Of a stretch of DNA of 64,000 nt, positions 47,650 through 57,129 are shown one piece after another (position 1 is the first letter of the stretch; every line of letters begins with the position of its first letter). The DNA is taken from the IMG/VR virus record IMGVR_UViG_3300036846_000867, positions 1 through 64,000 of that record; one strand, 5' to 3'. The position numbers were made by a program, and so were the translations under genes. Origin of the DNA: a virus. The notes beneath the pieces were generated by a model that saw only the letters and a list, made by a program, of their open reading frames with translations, did not search any database and was not told the DNA's origin.

Positions 47650-49674
47650 CTAATGGATCGTGGCGTTCTGTAGCTCTTGCACCTGTAGCGTCAATTCCTG
47701 CACCGCCTTGACCAAGGCGGTCAGCACATCGTTGTAACTCAATGCTAGCGTTTCATTCGCCGTGCAAAGAATGACAGCGCCCGGCAGAATTTCATCGACA
47801 TCCTGCGCGACAAGGCCACGGCGTGTCGTTCCGTCACCGCCTTTATAGCGGAAGGTGACAGGCTTCAGCCGCATAATGGCAGGAAGAACGTCCTCGCGTA
47901 TCTCGGCAATATCTTCCTTCAGCGATCTGTCCGACGGATTGAAGCTTTGAGCAAATAGATTGCCGAACTGGTCGAGATACATTCTATCGACGGTATTGAA
48001 TGACCAAGTCGTAGTAGCATCTGCCTGATGGCCCCAAACCCACGTATTGCCGTTATTGCCGCGCTGAAGCTCGACAACACCACCATAAGAACTGATGATG
48101 CCAATTCCCGCCCCAGGAGCATCCGAAACAACGTCGATGTTGGCGGTAGAATACATCCCGCGAGCGTAAAGGCTGCCGCTCGGTGCATAGACCGCATAAC
48201 CGCCCGCCCCCGCATAGATAGGCGAGCCGGTGTACATATAGCCACCATTGTTCTGCCACACCACTCCACCAATATTTATATAACTGGCAGTCCAGATGGG
48301 ATTTGGCGTGTACATCTGTTGGCCGTTGTTTTGCCAGACCATCCCGGCAATGTTGAGCGAACCGCTCATCGTAATGTTGGCGCATTGCACGATACTGCCG
48401 GCAAAATATCCATTGCCGCTAGCGACATTGAGATTGTTGTAGACCGTCAGTCCGTTGTAGACAGAGCCTGCACCATTGATCTGCCAATTACCGCCGACAA
48501 CGCCGCTGGCATAGACCGTCACAGTCCCGGCAGTGTCGATTTGCAACCGAATTGCGCCAGCACTTTCATCGGTAATAGCAAACGGTCCGTTGCTTTGACA
48601 GCCGACAGACCAGTCACGAGTTCCACCGACGATATAATGTTGGCGAGCATAATATCCGGCATCCGCGTAGACTTGCAGAGGATCGTTGCCGCTTGGGATG
48701 TAGCAACGCGTTCCTGCGTTTAGATAGGCGTAACCATTGGTTTGAAATGTCCCATACACATTAGTCGGATTGTGCAAATTTATCGGTTGACCGCCTCCCG
48801 AATAGATATCGGTTGGACCGATTGAACCGGAGCCGATTAGAATTCCGTTAGACGCGCTCATCCCAAGCATCGTCCGACCGATGCCGCCGACATCGTTACC
48901 CAAAATATAATGGTTGTTGGTGAGGACGATATTCTCAGAATAAATGACCGAAGCGGTGTTGTCGAAATATACGTTGGCCGTCAGATTGTTGCCGATATGG
49001 ATGTTGTTGTCGGACAGCAAACCGATGACGCGGCGGATGTTGTTGCCGGTGTCCCTGCCGCTCCAGGAATAATTATTTTGGGTGACTGGTACACCATTGA
49101 ATATCACGTTCGGCGACGAACCGTCATTGATGGTGACGTTGTTATCGGCTGATTTGACGATCAGACCACGCGCCTGCCCGGTGGTATCACGACCGAAATA
49201 CCATGTGTTGTTGTTTAGAATGGTCGAGATGCCGGTCTGGAACAGAATGTTGCCGACCATCGTGCCGCCCGCGAGAGGGAGATAGGCACCAAGATCGGGA
49301 CCAGCGGGGATCAATGCCGAGACAAAATCGGCGAGTGCTTGCTGCCACAGAGCAATCCAGTTTATCTGACTACCGTCATCGGGAACGTAGGTTTGCGTCT
49401 CGTCGCTGATCCACAGACACAGGCTGCTGGCGACAAAGGTCGCCTGTCGTATTGCGCGGTTGTTGAACGCGCTGATCGCGATCCCAGGCATGTTGCCGGT
49501 GGCCAGCAACGGATCGGTGAAATAGGCAGGAAGCCCTTCGAGATTGGCTCCCGTGCCGATGGCGACCGCCTTGAAATCGGTCCCGGCCGGTGTAAAGGGT
49601 GTTGGCACGAAGGGAACAACGGCCCGTCCGTTTGTCTGCCCGTTTGCCGGGAGAGCAGCAGTTTCATCGCTCAT
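47650..49674 (-). CDS. Tail fibre/spike protein with C-terminal S74-type intramolecular chaperone domain
   Basis: 674 aa; Gly/Asn/Thr-rich beta-type repeats. C-terminus SDRSLKEDIAEI..LKPVTFRYK..GLVAQDV. Confidence 0.8.
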   Translation of the reverse strand: MSDETAALPANGQTNGRAVVPFVPTPFTPAGTDFKAVAIGTGANLEGLPAYFTDPLLATGNMPGIAISAFNNRAIRQATFVASSLCLWISDETQTYVPDDGSQINWIALWQQALADFVSALIPAGPDLGAYLPLAGGTMVGNILFQTGISTILNNNTWYFGRDTTGQARGLIVKSADNNVTINDGSSPNVIFNGVPVTQNNYSWSGRDTGNNIRRVIGLLSDNNIHIGNNLTANVYFDNTASVIYSENIVLTNNHYILGNDVGGIGRTMLGMSASNGILIGSGSIGPTDIYSGGGQPINLHNPTNVYGTFQTNGYAYLNAGTRCYIPSGNDPLQVYADAGYYARQHYIVGGTRDWSVGCQSNGPFAITDESAGAIRLQIDTAGTVTVYASGVVGGNWQINGAGSVYNGLTVYNNLNVASGNGYFAGSIVQCANITMSGSLNIAGMVWQNNGQQMYTPNPIWTASYINIGGVVWQNNGGYMYTGSPIYAGAGGYAVYAPSGSLYARGMYSTANIDVVSDAPGAGIGIISSYGGVVELQRGNNGNTWVWGHQADATTTWSFNTVDRMYLDQFGNLFAQSFNPSDRSLKEDIAEIREDVLPAIMRLKPVTFRYKGGDGTTRRGLVAQDVDEILPGAVILCTANETLALSYNDVLTALVKAVQELTLQVQELQNATIH

Positions 49675-49688
49675 TCAGTTCTCTCCCC

Positions 49689-51170
49689 TTATCCCTTGTA
49701 ATCCCATTTGGTGTTGCCATCATCCCAGGCGGTCGATGTCGCCGTCCTGGCGGCGGTGCCCGTCGTTGTCGGAGCATCCCAAAGAGTTCCGACGCCTGGG
49801 ATGTACGACTGCCCCGGCGTCAGCATCAGCCCCCAATAGCCGGTGTCCCAGCCGTGGACTGCATCGGACGCAGCGTCCCAGGCGAAGAACGGCACGCCCG
49901 GTGTCGGTTGCAGCGCGTAGGCGCGAAGCTCGATCCCTTCGGGGCGCAAATCCATTTGCCCGGTGGTGAACAGGGACAGCAGCACATTGTCTATCGGCCC
50001 GCTCGACAGCAGCCCGTAGAGCATCGTCATGTTGCCGTAATCCTGGATGATAACTTTGATGCCGGTGTACTGGAACAGCGTGTCCCATGCCGAATAAGCC
50101 GTCGGGACCGAGCCGTTCCAATGATTGGCGATCACCGTGGCGTAGAGCAGCAGGCGGTAATGATAATCGTCCAGCCGCTCTATCGAATTGTCGGCGTCGG
50201 CCGGTCCCTTCCAATTGGCTTGGTTCCAACCCAGCCCTTCCTCGTCCCAGGAGAAGAAGCCCGCAGGAATTTCGATCCAACGGCTCTTGCCCACCCACTG
50301 CCCGGTGAAATCCTCCTGCTGGCCGATGCAGTAGTCGAGATCGAACAGCCCCGAGAACCCGGCGACAAGCTGCTGATCCTGGATCATCGGATCGACGCTC
50401 ATGCCCACAGTCGCCATGTAGCGCGGGCGCTGGTTGTGTTCCGATGTGATGTGGTCGAGATAATAGTTGGTGTCGTAGGTGGGAAACGGCGGTGGATACG
50501 GCGGCAGCGGCTCGATAATCTCGGCGATCCCGAACCACAATCTCGTCGCCGCGCCGATCCTGCCGATCAAGAACGGCTGTTGCGGCCCCGCCAGACCGCT
50601 CAGCATGGTGCTGCCGCTGATCGAGCCTGCCAGCCGCGTGCCGTAATTCCCGGTGGCTAGCTGCGCCGTGCTGGTGGCCAGGATACCGCCCGACAGACGC
50701 ACCGGCTGGGGCGACAGCCTGGGCGCAGCAAAGGACGCTCTCGCCGCCGCCCTGATCGTACCGGCTATATGCAGCACCAGCGCGGCAGGCGTAATGGCTA
50801 GCTGCGCTGTCCCTGCCGCACTGGTACGGCCCGCCAGGAAGAGGCGCATCCCCGGCGTCCGGAGACGGGCGGAACCGCTCGCGGTAATCCGCCCCGCCAC
50901 CAACTGAAGGACGGTCGGCGGCGTGACAAAGACCAGCGGCTGGATTTTTACTTGTGACTGCGCTGCCGTGCGGCCTGCAATCTGAATCAGGATCGCAGGA
51001 CCAGTAAAGATCGGTATTTGGATTTGTACGCGGCCTTGCGCCGTTATCCGGCCTGACACTTGCGTAAAATTCAGACCGAACACCAACGGCCGAACGATAA
51101 TCTGTGCTCGCGAGAGTATATTTCCCGCGAGTGAAATAGGCGTGGCCGTAGGATTTACATCGGCGGCCAT
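49689..51170 (-). CDS. Baseplate/tail-fibre-associated protein (493 aa) with repetitive N-terminal third
   Basis: ORF track. ~8 degenerate repeats of the (L/I)AGR(I/T)(T/S)A type. Positioned after the baseplate J module. Confidence 0.6.
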   Translation of the reverse strand: MAADVNPTATPISLAGNILSRAQIIVRPLVFGLNFTQVSGRITAQGRVQIQIPIFTGPAILIQIAGRTAAQSQVKIQPLVFVTPPTVLQLVAGRITASGSARLRTPGMRLFLAGRTSAAGTAQLAITPAALVLHIAGTIRAAARASFAAPRLSPQPVRLSGGILATSTAQLATGNYGTRLAGSISGSTMLSGLAGPQQPFLIGRIGAATRLWFGIAEIIEPLPPYPPPFPTYDTNYYLDHITSEHNQRPRYMATVGMSVDPMIQDQQLVAGFSGLFDLDYCIGQQEDFTGQWVGKSRWIEIPAGFFSWDEEGLGWNQANWKGPADADNSIERLDDYHYRLLLYATVIANHWNGSVPTAYSAWDTLFQYTGIKVIIQDYGNMTMLYGLLSSGPIDNVLLSLFTTGQMDLRPEGIELRAYALQPTPGVPFFAWDAASDAVHGWDTGYWGLMLTPGQSYIPGVGTLWDAPTTTGTAARTATSTAWDDGNTKWDYKG

Positions 51171-51179
51171 CTAACGGCG

Positions 51180-51839
51180 CTAAGCAAGGGCGATGGTCAG
51201 CGCATTAGCCGGAAACGTCGCCTGGACATTGGCAATAATTGACTGCGAAGCCACTTTGCGGATCATCCCGTCGCCACTGGTCGCCGTGTTGACAACATTA
51301 CCGGCATTGGTGACGGTGAAGGTGTCGGTGAGCGAATTGGACACCACCAATGGTCCGGTAAGGCTGCCCGCACTATACGTCGGCGGCGTGCCGCCGTATT
51401 CGGTCGAATACATCACGGTGTCGCCGTTCAGCATGCCGTGTCGTGGCGACGTGATAACTCCCGGAGACGCGGCGGAGATCGAACACGGCAGCCAGGAGAA
51501 GCCACCGAAGAAATCCCACGCCATCAGATTACCGGCCGTCAAGGCATCGTAGATGCCAAAGCCGATGATCGTGCCCCAGCCCGCCGTCGATGTCGGAAAC
51601 ACAATCGGATTGGCGTTCTGGCAGAGGCTCGGCGACACGCCTGTCGGCGTCGCCCAATCGCCCCCGGCCGTGGCGACACGGGCATAAGCCCCTCCTGATA
51701 CCTCGGTAAAGCCGGTGCCATCATCCAATCCGGTCGCGGTGAACAATGCGACATAGGCAGGCCGCATCGCAAAGATCGCCGCCTTACCGGTCATGTGTTG
51801 CAACACGCCGCTCGCCATGTAGCTCGTTAGCCCAGTCAT
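51180..51839 (-). CDS. Conserved tail/baseplate-module protein (219 aa)
   Basis: ORF track 51180-51857 (TTG start). ATG 51839 preferred (GAGGAG upstream). YVALFT..EVSGGAYARV..WG motif family. Confidence 0.55.
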   Translation of the reverse strand: MTGLTSYMASGVLQHMTGKAAIFAMRPAYVALFTATGLDDGTGFTEVSGGAYARVATAGGDWATPTGVSPSLCQNANPIVFPTSTAGWGTIIGFGIYDALTAGNLMAWDFFGGFSWLPCSISAASPGVITSPRHGMLNGDTVMYSTEYGGTPPTYSAGSLTGPLVVSNSLTDTFTVTNAGNVVNTATSGDGMIRKVASQSIIANVQATFPANALTIALA

Positions 51840-51853
51840 TATGCCGTTACTCC

Positions 51854-53029
51854 TCAACTAACGGTTATCGTGATCGTCGTGGCGTCGCAGGTCGCCGCCT
51901 CGATATACGAGATTATGACATCGGCAGCGGCGGTTGCAGCGCCGCCACGCGATTGCAGGACGCTGGTTACGTCGTAGGTTAGCCCATCCGGTTCGGCTAG
52001 CTGCGTCGCCGCGATCAGCTTGGTCAGATAGCTGTCATAGCCAATCGGCAACGTGGTCAGGAACAGAATGATCTGATTGACGATTTCCTGTTCTATCGCT
52101 TGCGTAAAACCGGCCAGCGCCGTCAGCGCGATGTCGATCTGGATCGGCACCAGTGACAGTTCGAAGAAATTGATCTGGGACGGGATGCCGCGCGGATCGT
52201 AGACGATCAGCGATGTGGTGCCGTAAGTGGGCGAGCCGGGCGTCTTGCGCAGCGCGATGGCATTGGCGATCTGCTGTGCATCGCCCCCCTCCACCACCGC
52301 CGCCATCGAATTGGCCGGGATGCCGTTGGCGTCCGGGGCACCGGTCGGGTTCTCATAGACCATGACGCGCTGAACACCGGCCAAATTCTCGATTGCGCCC
52401 TGAATGCCGAACACCACCGTCTGCGATGGATTGGCTACCGATTGCATCTGTCGCCGCCGTAGTTGCGCATCACTCTCGACCGGGGCACCGGGGACGGCAG
52501 GGACGGTATTCTCCACCGTCTGCCAGTTGAGGACCGGCGTCACGATACGCGTTATTGTTTCCGCTTGAGCGGTGATCGCGCCCGGTGTCGTACTGGTGGC
52601 CGTCACCGTAATTTCGCCCTCCGGCGGGATGATCACGCCTGCGGGCAACTGCCACTGCGACTGAAGATTGAGATTGTCGGCGACGATGCCGTTGCTGATA
52701 TCCGTTCCAGCTTGTCCGACACAGCGGACAAGGACGGTACTGAACGAGCTTCGTTGCCGCCGGATGCCGTTGATCTTGACCACGCTCGACAGCCCCACGC
52801 CGACCGCGAAGCTCGGGCTGTAGGACAGATAGGTAGCGGCAATCGTCATGTTGGTGTCGTTGATCGCCGAAGCGATTATCGCCACCCATTGCCCATCCTG
52901 CGTATCGGCATCGAGATCGATATCCGCCCCGTAGATTGCCCGATACTGGTTTTGCAAATACGTCAGTACGTCCGTAAACATCGGGACGAAGACGCCATTG
53001 GCGTCGATGATGGTAATCGGAAAAGCCAT
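51854..53029 (-). CDS. Baseplate J-like protein
   Basis: 391 aa. ESDAQLRRRQ motif and overall gpJ-like pattern. Follows a gpW-like gene with a 1-nt overlap. Confidence 0.75.
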   Translation of the reverse strand: MAFPITIIDANGVFVPMFTDVLTYLQNQYRAIYGADIDLDADTQDGQWVAIIASAINDTNMTIAATYLSYSPSFAVGVGLSSVVKINGIRRQRSSFSTVLVRCVGQAGTDISNGIVADNLNLQSQWQLPAGVIIPPEGEITVTATSTTPGAITAQAETITRIVTPVLNWQTVENTVPAVPGAPVESDAQLRRRQMQSVANPSQTVVFGIQGAIENLAGVQRVMVYENPTGAPDANGIPANSMAAVVEGGDAQQIANAIALRKTPGSPTYGTTSLIVYDPRGIPSQINFFELSLVPIQIDIALTALAGFTQAIEQEIVNQIILFLTTLPIGYDSYLTKLIAATQLAEPDGLTYDVTSVLQSRGGAATAAADVIISYIEAATCDATTITITVS

Positions 53030-53532
53030 CAGCGCCTCGGTGTTGGTGACGGCAAGCGACGCAGCAACGGTGGTGACGGCAGCCGTTGCGGCATGATCGT
53101 AGTGGGAGCGGGTACGATGTGGATCGTCGGCAGCGTCTGGCCAACCTGTGAAATGTTCAGATTGAAGGCGCGTCCATAGATTGTGTCGATGGTCGCGTTG
53201 ACCGCAAACGCGCGGGTGTTGGGATTGACCGAACTAAAATAGCTGACGATTGCTACCACGCCGGTCGTGCCCAGAATGCGTTCACGGATTGCCGCATCGC
53301 GCGACAACTGTGTATGCACACCGAGGATGCGGCCTTGCCTGACCACTAGATCATTAAGCGGGAAACCGCCCCACGGAGTTCCCTCAGTGGTATCGAGAAA
53401 CCATTCGCCAGCATACAACAGCAGCCGCGTCCTGACCGACTGCCCCACCGCTTCTGGCTGATTGTGCCAGAAATCGGCGGAGCCGTGGCCGAACTGCATG
53501 TCGTAATTGGCGTCGAGCTTCCGGTAGCGCAT
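53029..53532 (-). CDS. Baseplate wedge protein (gpW/gp25-like; by position and motif)
   Basis: AVGQSVRTRLLLYAGEWFLDTTEGTPW resembles the gp25/W GE-W-type motif. Immediately upstream of the J-like gene. Confidence 0.5.
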   Translation of the reverse strand: MRYRKLDANYDMQFGHGSADFWHNQPEAVGQSVRTRLLLYAGEWFLDTTEGTPWGGFPLNDLVVRQGRILGVHTQLSRDAAIRERILGTTGVVAIVSYFSSVNPNTRAFAVNATIDTIYGRAFNLNISQVGQTLPTIHIVPAPTTIMPQRLPSPPLLRRLPSPTPRR

Positions 53533-53744
53533 TAGCTCACGGGGAGCATCGGTGGCGTCGGCCGGTCCGCCCCGTTGCCCGGCTGCGGCTGCTTCTCCGT
53601 CTGCTGCTGCAATTGCGTGCTAATCGCCTGGATCAGCGGCGCGGCCAGTTCATAAGGCGCTTTGACCAGGGCCGCCATGACGTTGTTCCACTGCTGGGCT
53701 TCCAGCGTGACGGCAAGCGGTGTGTTTGGCGCGATAGGCTCCAT
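53532..53744 (-). CDS. Hypothetical protein (70 aa)
   Basis: ORF track. 1-nt overlap with the downstream gene. Confidence 0.5.
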   Translation of the reverse strand: MEPIAPNTPLAVTLEAQQWNNVMAALVKAPYELAAPLIQAISTQLQQQTEKQPQPGNGADRPTPPMLPVS

Positions 53745-53864
53745 GATGCCCTCCTTGGGCTGGTGGTGGACCGGGTTTTGGATTTGGGCGTCCTCCTCGG
53801 AGGCACGCCCGCCAATTAAGCCTCACGCCGCCCTGTCGATCAAGACGGTCGCATGAGACCCTTT

Positions 53865-55331
53865 TTACGGAACGATGATCTCTTCGACCGCTTCCAGCCG
53901 CTCGGCAAGCTGCTGCACCGCCCCGATCAGATGCGCCACCAGCGCCAGAAGATCGACGGCCAGCAGGCTGTCCTGTTCGACCACCGCATTGGGCATGTAA
54001 TCCCGCACATCCTGGGCCGTCACGCCGACATCGACATGGCGCTGGATGCCGCCGCCGCTGCTGATGGTATCGCGGTCGTAGGACACCAGTGACAGATTGC
54101 GGAGCACGGCAAGGCAATCGGTGTCGGCCGGTTCGATATTCCATTTCAGCGAGGCATCGCTGTTTTGATAAAAATTATTGGCGTAGGCGTCGCCACCAAC
54201 ATTCAATTGTGCGCCGATGCTCGCATTGCCTCCCGGCACGCTGAGAGCGGTGCCGCCACCATTAATACTAAGACCGAAGATGGTAGACGTACCGGAGGCA
54301 GCCGTTATTGCGCCTGCCGCATAGACACTACCATTTGGAACATAGACCGCGTTGCCGCCGCCATTGATCTGGATTAAGCTAAAGACAGATGTGCCGCTGT
54401 TAGAAACAAGCTGCGCGTTGGCGGTTATAGAACCAGCCGCGTAGATATTGCCGTTGTTTGCATAGATCGCAGTACCGCCGCTGGTAGCCGTCAGTACTCC
54501 GTTGACGGTTACGGCACCACCGACAGTGAGCGTTGAATTGGCGGTTAAGGGAACGTAGCACGTGACGCCACCAGACTGAACATATAAAAAAGCAGAGCCA
54601 CCGCCTACCGATTGAAAATAGTGGCTACTGTTACGGTAGTAGTTCGACTGATCGCCCGAGCCACCGGCCAACAACGCACCATTACCAGAACCGTCGTAAA
54701 GGATGTTGTACGAACCGGAGACGACGAGAAAGATACGATTACCGACATTGAGCGTGGCCCCGACAATTGTCGTATTGCCGCCGACCGTCAGTGTGCTGCC
54801 GACCGACATCGTGCTGTTGACAGCCAATGCCCCGGTGATTGTCCCACCGGTCAGAGGCAGATAGCCTCCTACCGTACTGGCTAACTGTTGAAACGGAACG
54901 GCTTGCAGGTTCGCCGCCGCATTGCCGCTCAGTGTCAATGCCCCGTTGACAGTCAATGCTCCCGAGAGCGTCCCGCCGGACAGGGGAAGATAACCGCCTA
55001 CCGTACTATTGAGTTGTTGCAAGGGCACGGCTTGCAGGCTCGCCGCCGCATTGCCGCTTAGTGTTAAGCTGCCGTTGGCGGTCATACTGCCGCTGACAGT
55101 CAACGGCCCCGAGATTGTCCCGCCCGCCAAAGGCAGAAAGGGCGTCGCGGCTGCCCAATCGGTAATATCGATATGCGTCAGCACCACATCGCCAGTGCGA
55201 CCCGCCACCGACCAAACCTGTCCCCCCGAACCGGAACCGGCATTCCATTTCTGCCCGTCCCATGTCCAGCGAAAGCCGCCGCTGGTGAAGCTGCTGCCGA
55301 CCGTCGGACTGTTTGGATAGTCGATTGCCAT
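53865..55331 (-). CDS. Tail fibre protein with C-terminal S74-type chaperone domain
   Basis: N-terminus MAIDYPNSPTVGSSFT..WTWDGQKW. Repeats LSGNAAA(S/N)LQAVP. C-terminus SDASLKWNIEP..VGVTAQDV. Confidence 0.75.
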   Translation of the reverse strand: MAIDYPNSPTVGSSFTSGGFRWTWDGQKWNAGSGSGGQVWSVAGRTGDVVLTHIDITDWAAATPFLPLAGGTISGPLTVSGSMTANGSLTLSGNAAASLQAVPLQQLNSTVGGYLPLSGGTLSGALTVNGALTLSGNAAANLQAVPFQQLASTVGGYLPLTGGTITGALAVNSTMSVGSTLTVGGNTTIVGATLNVGNRIFLVVSGSYNILYDGSGNGALLAGGSGDQSNYYRNSSHYFQSVGGGSAFLYVQSGGVTCYVPLTANSTLTVGGAVTVNGVLTATSGGTAIYANNGNIYAAGSITANAQLVSNSGTSVFSLIQINGGGNAVYVPNGSVYAAGAITAASGTSTIFGLSINGGGTALSVPGGNASIGAQLNVGGDAYANNFYQNSDASLKWNIEPADTDCLAVLRNLSLVSYDRDTISSGGGIQRHVDVGVTAQDVRDYMPNAVVEQDSLLAVDLLALVAHLIGAVQQLAERLEAVEEIIVP

Positions 55332-56374
55332 TAGAGATCAGCCGACGCGTTAAAATCAAAACTCACATAGGTTGCACCAGTACCCGTAGTTAGCGTGTTC
55401 ACACCAAAACCGCCTGTGCGTGTGTAGTTTACGGCAAGAGTAGACGAACCGCCGTAGGTTATGTTGGCAAAATTGACAGTGGGAGCAGCCCGCATTTGCG
55501 TTGCGAATATCCACGATCCCCAGAAGCTTGCTCCACTGGCTGGGCTCATTGTTGAGTATAATAGTGTCCCAGTCTGATAAAACCGCTGACACTTCGCCAA
55601 ATCTTGCTGCGGGTCGGGGATTTCCAGTGGCGTTGTGACGCTACCGACTTCGAGTTGAATACCATACAGGTAGATTACTCCGTTTTGCACCCCGACATTA
55701 CCGGCGCGACTGGCTTGGTTGCTACCGGACGAAAGCCAGAATTGGAATGCTGTGAAGTCATCCCCGTTGGTGCCCAGCGTCTTGCCAGATACAGACGGAA
55801 GCGCGAATGTCATGCTGTATCGGATAAAACCCGTAGCCCCAGAGGAAATGGTGACCGATTGCCCAACCCCACTGAGAAACGGTGATGGTGAACCCCCTGA
55901 ACCGAAATACTGGTCAATTGATGCGCCTACTTTAAGACCGGCGACACTACCCACAGCAAAAAACGACAGGGTGACGGTCTTGCCACCGAGGCGGCTAACG
56001 CGTTCGATTGATTGTTGCAGATACGTGTACGCCGCCGCGCCAGCATTGCCGGTTACTTGCGCTTGCACGCGGTTCTGCGCTTCCTCCTGTCCTGGGATTT
56101 GCGCGACACCCATAGCCCCAATGGTAAGCGACAAAGTATCGAGATTAATTGACATCCGCCAGCGGTCGGCAGTAAGCGCACCGTTTGTGGTGAAAGGCCC
56201 CGTCCCGCGCTGCACGATGTTGAACAACGGATTATGCAGAAGATTGCGACCGACATCGTTGTAGGTGATCACGGATGTAGTAGTGGAAACCCATTTGGTA
56301 CCGTCCCACCGCCACTGCATCCCGGAAGCTGAAAATAGCTGCCCGACTGTCGGCCCGTTTGGAAAATCGATCAT
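55331..56374 (-). CDS. Tail fibre-like protein (347 aa)
   Basis: N-terminus [28 protein letters not shown], paralogous to neighbours. Confidence 0.6.
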   Translation of the reverse strand: MIDFPNGPTVGQLFSASGMQWRWDGTKWVSTTTSVITYNDVGRNLLHNPLFNIVQRGTGPFTTNGALTADRWRMSINLDTLSLTIGAMGVAQIPGQEEAQNRVQAQVTGNAGAAAYTYLQQSIERVSRLGGKTVTLSFFAVGSVAGLKVGASIDQYFGSGGSPSPFLSGVGQSVTISSGATGFIRYSMTFALPSVSGKTLGTNGDDFTAFQFWLSSGSNQASRAGNVGVQNGVIYLYGIQLEVGSVTTPLEIPDPQQDLAKCQRFYQTGTLLYSTMSPASGASFWGSWIFATQMRAAPTVNFANITYGGSSTLAVNYTRTGGFGVNTLTTGTGATYVSFDFNASADL

Positions 56375-57129
56375 CGCGCTCTACGAGCCCAAATCACACC
56401 AGTCCAAGTTATTGTGGCCGTAGTATAATAGGCCAGTCCGCATAAATAGACAGTTTGCGATGCGTTCACGTTAACGCGCCCACCGCCACCGCAACCCGCC
56501 GACATCCCACCACCAACATTGGAAGTTGGTATAACAGTATAAGTACCTACAACCTGATTTACACCAGCAGGAGAAAGCGAGATAATTCCACCAAAAAACG
56601 AGCTTCCGGCAGCACTTATAGCAGGAGCTACATATCCACCAACATCCCAATCACCAGCCGAAAGTACCATCGATGTGATCGTTAACCAGGAGCCACTGGC
56701 TGCTGCCGCTTGTCCAGTGCTTTGAGATACAGTGATGTACTCGCCGACCTCCCCTGCCGCTGCATTTGAACCATCGGTGATACCAGGTATATGCCCTGGC
56801 GTCACCGCTACTGTCGGTGGCGCGACGCTGTTGTTGACGGTGATGCCCGCACCGCCTTGGTAATTCGGCACTGGTACATTGACCGACGGCACCGATGGCA
56901 CCCATTGCAGCGAGGTACCGTCGTTGTACCAGATATAAAGCTGCGCCCCGACACTATCCCACCATTGCTGCCCGACGATAGGATTGGCCGGTGGCGTATC
57001 GGAAACATATACCGCAACCACCGACGGCGTCGGCGAGACGACTACCCATTTAGTACCATCCCACTTCCACTGTGTTCCAGCAGATGAAAATATTTGCCCA
57101 GTGGTCGGACTATTTGGGAAATCGATCAT
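56371..57129 (-). CDS. Tail fibre-like protein (252 aa)
   Basis: N-terminus [28 protein letters not shown], plus a second motif [31 protein letters not shown]. Confidence 0.6.
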   Translation of the reverse strand: MIDFPNSPTTGQIFSSAGTQWKWDGTKWVVVSPTPSVVAVYVSDTPPANPIVGQQWWDSVGAQLYIWYNDGTSLQWVPSVPSVNVPVPNYQGGAGITVNNSVAPPTVAVTPGHIPGITDGSNAAAGEVGEYITVSQSTGQAAAASGSWLTITSMVLSAGDWDVGGYVAPAISAAGSSFFGGIISLSPAGVNQVVGTYTVIPTSNVGGGMSAGCGGGGRVNVNASQTVYLCGLAYYTTATITWTGVIWARRAR

